Assembly: GCA_903862655.1 (NCBI GenBank)
Contig: CAIOZA010000072.1
Coordinates: forward strand, 3,926-67,925
Length of the DNA: 64,000 bases
Source of the DNA: an uncultured Ignavibacteria bacterium
GTDB taxonomy: Bacteria > Bacteroidota > Ignavibacteria > Kapaibacteriales > UBA2268
Direction: 5' to 3'
How positions within the stretch are numbered: the stretch's first letter is position 1; every line of letters starts with the position of its first letter. The translations under genes were made by a program, and so were the position numbers. Below the pieces are notes generated by a model. That model ran no database searches. It was given only the letters and a program-made list of their open reading frames with translations, and had not been told where the DNA came from. Positions 56,568-64,000 of this stretch are shown here, piece after piece.

Positions 56568-58643
56568 ATGCTTCAATCATTATTCGAACCGAGATCTGTT
56601 GCTATTATCGGAGCTTCAACGAAAGAATTGTCTATCGGTAATGTGATTATCAAAAATCTGCAAAAATTTAATTTTACAGGAAATATATACCCAATTAATC
56701 CAAAAGCACCTGATGTTCGCGGAATCAAAGCCTATAAAACGATTTCTGATGTACCTGAAGATATCGATGTTGTTCACTTGGTTATTCCCCCAGATAGAGT
56801 ACCTGATGCAATAGAAGAATGTGGCAGGGTGGGAGTTAAAAATGTTATCATCAATACTGCCGGATTTAAAGAAATGGGCGAGCATGGAGCTGCATTACAA
56901 AATGATTTTGTCGCCCGTGGTAAGAAATATGGCGTTAGAATGTTTGGTCCTAATTGTCAGGGTATAATCAATACAGATCCAGAATTTAATGCTTATTGTG
57001 ACTTTACTTTTACTTATCCAAAGCCCGGAAATATTTCAATTGTGGCTCAGAGTGGGGGAGTCGGAGCTGTTATTATGCAGAATATCTTCGATCTCGATGT
57101 CGGAATGCGAATGTATGCTTCCAATGGAAACGCCTGCGATATCTCGATACCCGAAATAATTAAATATTGGGGAGATGATGACGAGACTAAGGTTATCATA
57201 CTCTATATCGAAAGCCTTGATGATCCTGGTTATTTTATGGATGTTGCCAGAGAAGTTGCGGCTAAGAAGCCAATCCTGGCGATGAATGCGGGTAGAACAC
57301 TTGAAGGAGCTAAAGCCGCTACATCTCATACCGGCGGTCTTGCCGGAGGAATTGTAACAGATCTGATTTTCAAAAAAACCGGAATCTTATCATTCAAAGA
57401 TACTCAGGAAATGTGTCAGGCAGCTATCGCATTCGCGGCTCAGCCGATTCCACGTGGTAAACGTGTTGGGATGATTACCAACACCGGAGGTCCGGCAATC
57501 ATTGCTACTGATGAACTTGTCGATGGTGGACTCGAAATTCCCGAACTTTCAGCAAAAGCCGAAGAAGTTCTGAAAAAGACTATGTTTGCATCTGCATCGA
57601 TTAACAATCCGATTGATGTTGTCGCTACTGCTGGCGCACCTGAGTTCAGAAGTGCACTGGATGTGATGATGAACGAAGAACAGATTGATAGTATTTATAT
57701 AAATTTTGTAACACCGCCTTTTGTGGACTGCGAAAGTGTAGCAAAAGAATTTGCTGAGGTGTCATCTAAACGCATTAAACCTATTGTCTGCAATTATATG
57801 ACTGATAAAGCTCAGTGGGTTGAAACAACAAAGATTCTGAGCGATGGCGGAATTCCTTTCTATGATTTCCCTGGCACGGCAGCCAAAGCTCTTGTCGCTC
57901 TTACCAAATACTATGAATTAAAATCCAGAGATAAAGGAACCATACCTGATTTTAAAGATATTAATGCCGATGCTGTTAGTGCAATCATAAGTAAAGCCAA
58001 GGCAGAAGGACGTGAAATTCTTTCATCTTTTGAAGTTTATGCAATTCTAGATTATTATAATATTCCAACTTCGGAGTGGTTCATTGCCGAGAACAAAGCC
58101 GATGCTATGCTCGGAGCCGAGAAAATTGGTTATCCGTTAGTGCTAAAAGCTGACGCACCGGAGCTTGTGCACAAAAGCGATGCAGGCGGTGTGGTTCTAA
58201 ATCTGGCAAGTGCTATTGCTTTCTCCTCTGCTGTGGCTCAAATGTCACAGAAATTCAGTGATATCAAGCATAATTATTTCATACAGAAATTCATGCCGGG
58301 TGGAAAGGAACTCATTATCGGTGCTAAATCTGAAAAAGGTGTTGGGCACATGATTATGTTCGGTATGGGCGGCATTTATGTAGAAGTTTTAAAGGATGTG
58401 TGTTTTGAACTTGCTCCTATTAGTGATACAGAAGCTCTTGAGATGATTACTTCAATCAAAATGTACCCGATTATCAAGGGTGTGCGCGGTGAGAAAGGTT
58501 TGAATATTCAATCAATTATGGATGTTATACTCAAAATCTCGAAGCTTGTTCAAAATCATCCTGAAATTTTGGAACTTGATTTGAATCCTGTCATGGCTTT
58601 TGAAAACTCTGTGGCAGTCGTTGACGCAAGAATTAAAATATAA
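56568..58643 (+). CDS. ADP-forming acyl-CoA synthetase (NDP-forming, fused alpha/beta: CoA-binding + ligase-CoA + ATP-grasp)
   Basis: N-terminal PRSVAIIGAS...NIYPINP CoA-binding fold, GPNCQGI, catalytic-His region SHTGGLAG, C-terminal ATP-grasp_5 (GYPLVLKADAPELVHKSDAGGV). 691 aa. Confidence 0.85.
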   Translation: MLQSLFEPRSVAIIGASTKELSIGNVIIKNLQKFNFTGNIYPINPKAPDVRGIKAYKTISDVPEDIDVVHLVIPPDRVPDAIEECGRVGVKNVIINTAGFKEMGEHGAALQNDFVARGKKYGVRMFGPNCQGIINTDPEFNAYCDFTFTYPKPGNISIVAQSGGVGAVIMQNIFDLDVGMRMYASNGNACDISIPEIIKYWGDDDETKVIILYIESLDDPGYFMDVAREVAAKKPILAMNAGRTLEGAKAATSHTGGLAGGIVTDLIFKKTGILSFKDTQEMCQAAIAFAAQPIPRGKRVGMITNTGGPAIIATDELVDGGLEIPELSAKAEEVLKKTMFASASINNPIDVVATAGAPEFRSALDVMMNEEQIDSIYINFVTPPFVDCESVAKEFAEVSSKRIKPIVCNYMTDKAQWVETTKILSDGGIPFYDFPGTAAKALVALTKYYELKSRDKGTIPDFKDINADAVSAIISKAKAEGREILSSFEVYAILDYYNIPTSEWFIAENKADAMLGAEKIGYPLVLKADAPELVHKSDAGGVVLNLASAIAFSSAVAQMSQKFSDIKHNYFIQKFMPGGKELIIGAKSEKGVGHMIMFGMGGIYVEVLKDVCFELAPISDTEALEMITSIKMYPIIKGVRGEKGLNIQSIMDVILKISKLVQNHPEILELDLNPVMAFENSVAVVDARIKI

Positions 58644-58668
58644 AATTAACAATAAATTAGTAAACAAT

Positions 58669-59868
58669 ATGCATAAAATTGAATCAGCAAAACTCTTAAA
58701 ACAGGTAATGACAGACTATTTCATTGGTCTGGGGAATAAAGAAAAGAAAATTGCCTGGTGCACAAGTGTTGGTCCGGCAGAACTTCTCAGGAGTTTTGGC
58801 TTTGAGGTCTATTTTCCGGAAAATCATGGAGCTCTTCTCGGGACAGCAAGACTCTCGGGTGAGTTCATTCCGGTAGCGGCAAAACTTGGTTATTCCAGCG
58901 AAATATGCTCGTATTTGACAAGTGATATTGGGTCTTATTTGAGCAAGAATACTCCTATGACCAAGCATTACGGCTTAGAGTCTGTTCCCAAACCTGATCT
59001 GCTTGTTTATAATACCAATCAGTGCCGTGAGGTTCAGGACTGGATGATGTTTTATGCAAATGAATTTAAGTGTCCAATCCTTGGCATTCAGTCACCACGT
59101 TATCTCGATGAAGTTAAGACTTCAGATATTGATAATGTTACTGCTCAATTCAAAGCAATGATTCCTACTTGCGAGGATGTTACAGGTCTCAAATTCGATT
59201 TGGATAAATTTAAAGCAACCCTAAAGATAAGTAAGGAAGCAACTCTGCTGTGGAAGCAATGCTTAGAAACTGCCCGTAATGTCCCTGCACCTATTTCATT
59301 CTTCGACAGTACAATCCACATGGGTCCAATAGTAGTTCTTCGTGGTACTGAAGTTGCTAAATCGTATTATGAAGCTTTATTATCTGAGTTGAACACTCAT
59401 GTTCAAGCTGGCTCAGGAATTCTTGAAAACGAAAAAGTTCGCGTGTATTGGGAAGGAATGCCAATCTGGGGCAAACTGCGTTATAGTTCAGACTTATTCT
59501 CAAGTCACAACGCCGCTGTTGTAGCATCAACATATTGTAACAGCTGGATATTCGACGATTTCGATGAAGATCATCCATTCGAATCATCAGCTCTGGCTTA
59601 TTCAACAATCTTCATTAATATGAGCGAAGCTACAAAAACAAATAGAATGATTAAACTAATTGAAGAATATCAGATTAAAGGCGTTGTTTTTCATGAAGCA
59701 AAAACCTGCTTCAATAATTCAAATTCATCGTTCGGAATGCCTCAAAGACTCAAAGAAGCAACAGGTGTTGAAACACTTGTCATCGAAGGCGATCTCTGCG
59801 ACTTGAGATTCTTTTCTGAAGCACAAACCACAACTAAAATTGAAACATTTATTGAACAAATTCTTTGA
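58669..59868 (+). CDS. Third 2-hydroxyacyl-CoA dehydratase-family subunit (HgdB-like, orphan)
   Basis: KIAWCTSVGPAELLRSFGFEVYFPENHGA and EICSYLTSD motifs. Start moved to ATG 58669 (MHKIESAKLL) to avoid overlapping the upstream gene. Confidence 0.75.
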   Translation: MHKIESAKLLKQVMTDYFIGLGNKEKKIAWCTSVGPAELLRSFGFEVYFPENHGALLGTARLSGEFIPVAAKLGYSSEICSYLTSDIGSYLSKNTPMTKHYGLESVPKPDLLVYNTNQCREVQDWMMFYANEFKCPILGIQSPRYLDEVKTSDIDNVTAQFKAMIPTCEDVTGLKFDLDKFKATLKISKEATLLWKQCLETARNVPAPISFFDSTIHMGPIVVLRGTEVAKSYYEALLSELNTHVQAGSGILENEKVRVYWEGMPIWGKLRYSSDLFSSHNAAVVASTYCNSWIFDDFDEDHPFESSALAYSTIFINMSEATKTNRMIKLIEEYQIKGVVFHEAKTCFNNSNSSFGMPQRLKEATGVETLVIEGDLCDLRFFSEAQTTTKIETFIEQIL

Positions 59869-60827
59869 TTCTTATGGATGATAAAAAGTTAAAAATTGGC
59901 GTAATTGGCATGGGGTCAATCGGATTAGTTCTTGCCGTTACTCTTCAGGAAGCCGGATGCGAGGTTGTGGTCTGTGATTACGACAAAGAAAAAATGAACA
60001 GGATACGCAATGAAGGCATTAAGATCATCGGTGCTTTTAATAAAACCTGCTTCTTTGATTATAATTATACATCGGTAGCCGATCTTCTGGAGCATGATGT
60101 CGATATTCTCATAAGTGCTGTCAAGTCCTATCGAGTAGATCTGTTGCTGGATCAGATAGAACATTACAGCCATAACGGCATGTATCTTCTCTGTGCACAG
60201 AACGGAATAGACATCGGATTGAAATATATAAGCCACTTCAACGAATCTCAGATCCTGAGAATGGTTATTAATTTTGCTGGTGTGCTCAATGCACCCAATG
60301 TTTCGAGTGTTACTTTCTTCGAACCACCGAACTATATAGCTTCAATAAATGATGCTCATCCGGAAGTATCAGCAAAACTGGCCGATCTGATGACAAAAGG
60401 CGGGATGCAAACTGATAGCATTGATTCATTCACTATCACCAATCATGTTTGGGCAAAAACTATTCTTATCGCGTCTATCAGCCCGCTGTGCGGAATATCC
60501 AATCTTGTAATCAATGAAGCGCTCAAAAATCCTGATACTATGGAAATCGTCGAAGGAATAATCATGGAATCCCTGGAAGTGGCTAAAGCCGAAGGGATCA
60601 ACCTCGGGGCGAATATTTCAAAACATCTTCTGCGCAGTTTAAAAAATTCCGGAAGTCATCTCCCTTCAATTGCCGTTGATATGTTGAATGGACGTGAGAC
60701 TGAGATTGATTATATTAATGGAAAAATTGTGGAATTTGGAAGAAAACATTACATCCAAACTCCATTAAATCTTATTTTTACTAATTTAGTTAAAGCAATA
60801 ACCAAGAAGAACATGGGGTTACATTGA
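59865..60827 (+). CDS. Ketopantoate-reductase-family (ApbA/PanE) NAD(P)H-dependent 2-oxoacid reductase
   Basis: KIGVIGMGSIGLVLA Rossmann. C-terminal SIAVDMLNGRETEIDYINGKIV (PanE signature). Alternative start ATG 59874. Confidence 0.8.
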   Translation: MILMDDKKLKIGVIGMGSIGLVLAVTLQEAGCEVVVCDYDKEKMNRIRNEGIKIIGAFNKTCFFDYNYTSVADLLEHDVDILISAVKSYRVDLLLDQIEHYSHNGMYLLCAQNGIDIGLKYISHFNESQILRMVINFAGVLNAPNVSSVTFFEPPNYIASINDAHPEVSAKLADLMTKGGMQTDSIDSFTITNHVWAKTILIASISPLCGISNLVINEALKNPDTMEIVEGIIMESLEVAKAEGINLGANISKHLLRSLKNSGSHLPSIAVDMLNGRETEIDYINGKIVEFGRKHYIQTPLNLIFTNLVKAITKKNMGLH

Positions 60828-61912
60828 ACATTAAAATACCCCAACATATTATAGACCTCAAGCCCTACGTGCCGGGCAAGCCAATAGAAGAACTCCAAAA
60901 AGAATTTGGATTCGAAAGAGTCGTTAAACTTGCTTCAAACGAGAATCCGATTGGAGTGTCTCCTTTAGCTATTCAGGCAATGTTCAGTGCTATATACCAG
61001 CTCAACCGTTATCCCGATATTGCCAGTTTGATGCTCAGGCAAAAATTATCAGAATTCTTCAGTATACCATCGGAGAATATAGTAACTGGACATGGTTCAG
61101 AAGCCATCATACAGACTGTAATAAGAGCATTCGTTGCCGACGATGAAGAAGTCCTGACCGTGAACGGCACTTTCGTCGGATTTTATGTTATTTCGAGAGC
61201 TCGCGGTATAAAGATGAATCTTATCCCACTGAAGGAGTACCATTTCGATCTTATGGCTCTGGCAGAGGCTATCACTCCAAAAACAAAAGTAATTTATCTT
61301 GTCAATCCTAATAATCCTACTGGCACCATATTCTCTAAAACTGAGTTCGATGAATTTCTTAAGGTTGTTCCTGATAATATCATTGTCATTGTCGATGAAG
61401 CATATTTTGAATTTGTTAAGGATAATCCTTTGTTCCCGAACACCATGGAATATAAGCAGGATAATATCATAACTCTTCGTTCATTTTCTAAGGCTTATGG
61501 ATTAGCCGGAATCCGCTTGGGTTATGGGTTTGCTAATGCTGAACTTGTCTCCTATATGCTCAAAGTGAGGTTGCCATTTGAACCTGGGATACCATCTCAG
61601 GCTGCCGGCATTGCTGCTTTGATGGATACCCAGTTTTTGGAGTATTATCTGAGCCTTAACCGGCAGGGTAAAGAATTTATCTACAGTTTATATGATGAAC
61701 TTGGTATTCACTATATAAAAACAGAAGCAAACTTCATCATGAGCGTTTTCGAATCTGAAGAGCGTGTGAATGAAATTAATGAAAAATTACTTCGTAAAGG
61801 TGTTATCATCCGTCCTCTCAAACCATTCGGATTGCCGCATTGCTTGAGAGTAACCATAGGGACCCCGGAAGAAAACGAAATTTTTGCGAAACATTTGAAA
61901 TCTATATTTTAA
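60824..61912 (+). CDS. Class-II (HisC-family) pyridoxal-phosphate aminotransferase
   Basis: TTG start overlapping the previous stop. IDLKPYVPGKP, LASNENP, PLP-Lys region RSFSKAYGLAGIRLGY. Confidence 0.8.
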   Translation: MNIKIPQHIIDLKPYVPGKPIEELQKEFGFERVVKLASNENPIGVSPLAIQAMFSAIYQLNRYPDIASLMLRQKLSEFFSIPSENIVTGHGSEAIIQTVIRAFVADDEEVLTVNGTFVGFYVISRARGIKMNLIPLKEYHFDLMALAEAITPKTKVIYLVNPNNPTGTIFSKTEFDEFLKVVPDNIIVIVDEAYFEFVKDNPLFPNTMEYKQDNIITLRSFSKAYGLAGIRLGYGFANAELVSYMLKVRLPFEPGIPSQAAGIAALMDTQFLEYYLSLNRQGKEFIYSLYDELGIHYIKTEANFIMSVFESEERVNEINEKLLRKGVIIRPLKPFGLPHCLRVTIGTPEENEIFAKHLKSIF

Positions 61913-61934
61913 ACTTGAGAATCTTACTAAGATT

Positions 61935-62900
61935 ATGGAACCTAATAAGTTAAAAATCGGAGTGCTGGGACTTGGCCCAGTAGGATTGACTATTGCTGTT
62001 CATTTGAAAGAAGCCGGTTGCGATGTTGCAATTTGCGATGTTATAAAAGAAAAAATTAACTTGATCAGAACAGCCGGTATTCATCTTGTAGAGAAAATTG
62101 AGAAGCAGTGTTACATTAATCATACATATTATTCATTAAAGGATATGCTTGATAGTGGAATTGATATCCTGATATGTGCTTCCAAAGCTTACCATGTTGA
62201 TAAAATTCTTGATGAAATCCGCGAGCACAATCAGAATGAAAAATTGCTGATCATTAGTGCTCAGAATGGAATCGGAGTTTCTCAGATGTATGCTGATCAT
62301 TTCAATGAATCTCAGGTATTCAGAATGGTTGTTAATTTTGCTGGCAACATGAATGCTCCGAACGTTGTGAAGGTGACATTCTTCAATCCTCCGAATTATA
62401 TTGCTTCAAAAGACGACACCAAACGTGATGTATCGGATTGGTTCGCTGCCTTACTCAATTCTGTAAATTTGAGCACATATAGTATTGATTCCTTCACTCT
62501 AAGAAATCGAATCTGGGAGAAAACATTGCTCAATGCAGGGCTTAGTCCTCTTTGCGCCATATCTGGTCTGACTATGCGTGAAGCCATGGTGGATCCTGAT
62601 ACAAATGAAATCGTTGAGAAATTAATTCTCGAATCAATTGCTGTTGCTAAGGCTGAGGAAATAGTTCTGCCGGAGAATTTTGTGAAACTCTGCATCAGAT
62701 ACTTTAAAGGTGCTGGCGACCATTTCCCTTCACTGGCCGTTGACTTGATGAATAAAAGCAAGACTGAAATTGATTTTATGAATGGAAAAATAGTCGAATT
62801 TGGCAGAAAGCATTATATAAGAACTCCTTTAAATCTGACATTAACAAATTTGGTAAAAGCTATTACTCAAAAGAATCTATCTGATGAAAAAGGGGCTTAA
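61935..62900 (+). CDS. Second ketopantoate-reductase-family reductase (paralog of 59865..60827, about half the residues identical by eye)
   Basis: KIGVLGLGPVGLTIA. SLAVDLMNKSKTEIDFMNGKIVEFGRKHYIRTPLNLTLTNLVKAI is near-identical in the C-terminus to the first copy. Confidence 0.8.
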   Translation: MEPNKLKIGVLGLGPVGLTIAVHLKEAGCDVAICDVIKEKINLIRTAGIHLVEKIEKQCYINHTYYSLKDMLDSGIDILICASKAYHVDKILDEIREHNQNEKLLIISAQNGIGVSQMYADHFNESQVFRMVVNFAGNMNAPNVVKVTFFNPPNYIASKDDTKRDVSDWFAALLNSVNLSTYSIDSFTLRNRIWEKTLLNAGLSPLCAISGLTMREAMVDPDTNEIVEKLILESIAVAKAEEIVLPENFVKLCIRYFKGAGDHFPSLAVDLMNKSKTEIDFMNGKIVEFGRKHYIRTPLNLTLTNLVKAITQKNLSDEKGA

Positions 62901-63474
62901 AGGTATTGCCTGCGTTATTCTTTCCGCCGGTCAATCAAGGCGGATGGGTACCCATAAAGCACTGCTGAAGTTTAATGAGAATCTGAGATTTATTGACAGA
63001 ATTATAGAAGTTTATAAAAATTTTGGAATTACTGAAGTTATTGTCGTAGCAGGCGAATCTTTGAAAAATGAACTGAATGTTGCATCTGATGTGAAGATTG
63101 TTACTAATCAGCATCCCGAGTTTGAGAGGTTTTATTCTGTCAAGCTTGCTTGTGAGGCTCTTAGCCGTGAAGTTGAATTGTGTTTCTTGCAGAATTGCGA
63201 CAATCCTTTTGTTAATGAAGAATTGTTAGAGAATATGATTAATCTGCCTGAAGAATCAGATTGTGCTGTGCCTGTTTATATGAATCAAGGTGGACATCCG
63301 GTTTTGATCAATAAAACGATAATTGAATATATCCAGTCAATCGACGGAAAAAATTCAAATCTGAAGGATATTCTTTCAAAATTCAGAACAATGAAGATTA
63401 TCACAAATGATGAAACAGTTAAGATAAATATCAATTCACCTGAAGAATATGAGAAATACTTTATAAATAAATGA
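62884..63474 (+). CDS. MobA/MocA-like molybdenum-cofactor nucleotidyltransferase
   Basis: GIACVILSAGQSRRMG (NTP_transf_3 N-terminal motif). 196 aa. Confidence 0.75.
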   Translation: MKKGLKGIACVILSAGQSRRMGTHKALLKFNENLRFIDRIIEVYKNFGITEVIVVAGESLKNELNVASDVKIVTNQHPEFERFYSVKLACEALSREVELCFLQNCDNPFVNEELLENMINLPEESDCAVPVYMNQGGHPVLINKTIIEYIQSIDGKNSNLKDILSKFRTMKIITNDETVKININSPEEYEKYFINK

Positions 63475-64000
63475 TTGAGATCTACGAAAAATTATCAGAA
63501 CTGGTTCTAAACGGCAGAAGATGTGCCGTTTGTACTGTTGTTGCAACTCAAGGATCTACGCCGAGGAAGACCGGATCCAAAATGATTGTAACAGATGATC
63601 TGAAAATCTATGGTACAATTGGTGGAGGCACTCTCGAAAAACATATAATCGATTTGTGCCCTGGAATAATAAATAAATGCTCATCTGAACTGGTGAAGCT
63701 TAATCTTACTACAGATTTGGCTATGAAATGCGGTGGCTATGTTGAGGTATTTATTGAGCCTGTTTCAACTCCATTCAAACTTTTAATTTTTGGAGGCGGT
63801 CATATTGGTAAAGCACTATCTGAAATTGCTTCCAACCTAAGCTTCAGTGTTTCCGTTATTGATGAACGAACAGAAATCTTTTCAGATTATCGGCAAAATA
63901 ATGTAGATATAATTATTGAAAATTTTGAAGACTATCTTAGCCATATTACAATTGATAATTACACTTTTATCGTTGTTGTTACCAAAGGACACGATACAGA
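63471..64000 (+). CDS. XdhC/CoxI-family molybdoenzyme maturation protein (partial, continues past window end)
   Basis: ATG 63471 overlaps the upstream TGA. N-terminal XdhC_CoxI motif CAVCTVVATQGSTPRKTGSKMIV...GTIGGG. Second-domain Rossmann LLIFGGGHIGKAL. Confidence 0.75.
   Translation, partial: MIEIYEKLSELVLNGRRCAVCTVVATQGSTPRKTGSKMIVTDDLKIYGTIGGGTLEKHIIDLCPGIINKCSSELVKLNLTTDLAMKCGGYVEVFIEPVSTPFKLLIFGGGHIGKALSEIASNLSFSVSVIDERTEIFSDYRQNNVDIIIENFEDYLSHITIDNYTFIVVVTKGHDT

Noticed and set aside
1-64000. Mobile elements, prophage, rRNA/tRNA, CRISPR
   Set aside because: No transposase, integrase, phage structural gene set, GC-rich cloverleaf-capable intergenic segment or repeat-spacer array was recognisable. 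The tail-fibre-like protein is isolated.

Overview
This 64 kb window is AT-rich (~35% GC) bacterial chromosome, probably from an FCB-group organism (Bacteroidota/Ignavibacteriota-like). The supporting signs are many T9SS C-terminal sorting tails, sigma-54/NtrC regulation, ECF sigma modules, and TonB-dependent and OmpA/TolB-like outer-membrane proteins. No rRNA, tRNA, CRISPR array, transposase or integrase could be recognised by eye.

The window has four parts:
- **1-3035:** the 5' part of a gene for a very large secreted protein on the minus strand, running off the window start.
- **3.7-28 kb:** mostly housekeeping and regulatory genes.
  - Named genes: histidine kinase, two paralogous ECF-sigma/anti-sigma/lipoprotein modules, lpxH, gltX, an NtrC-type regulator, nusB, an SRAP peptidase, recG, a TonB receptor, and a glnQ-like ABC ATPase.
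  - The ABC ATPase is followed by a fused substrate-binding/permease gene whose true N-terminus has no canonical start codon.
  - There is also an LRR protein.
- **28.6-39.3 kb:** an accessory-looking block of secreted and T9SS-cargo proteins. It contains a huge CarboxypepD_reg-like protein, a tail-fibre-like protein, a BNR-repeat protein, a second LRR protein and an M1 aminopeptidase. From about 39.3 kb core genes follow: yggS, PNP, a GAF-PP2C phosphatase, secG, cdsA, queD-queF and rlmB.
- **46.9-64 kb:** the most interesting part, a compact same-strand anaerobic catabolic locus.
  - It starts with an SDR reductase and a thiolase.
  - Next is a four-gene radical enzyme of the 2-hydroxyacyl-CoA dehydratase/class-I benzoyl-CoA reductase family. 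It has two large subunits and two different HgdC/BcrAD-type ATPase 'activase' genes. A ferredoxin follows, in the same order as bcrCBAD-fdx.
  - Then come an 853-aa NuoG-like/GltD-like flavo-iron-sulfur oxidoreductase, a small Cys-containing ORF, and an ADP-forming acyl-CoA synthetase.
  - A third orphan dehydratase-like subunit is followed by two paralogous ketopantoate-reductase-family (PanE-like) reductases flanking a HisC-like aminotransferase.
  - At the window end are MobA-like and XdhC-like molybdoenzyme maturation genes.
  - This looks like an undescribed ATP- and ferredoxin-driven acyl-CoA reduction or dehydration pathway (aromatic or amino-acid fermentation) in a non-classical host.
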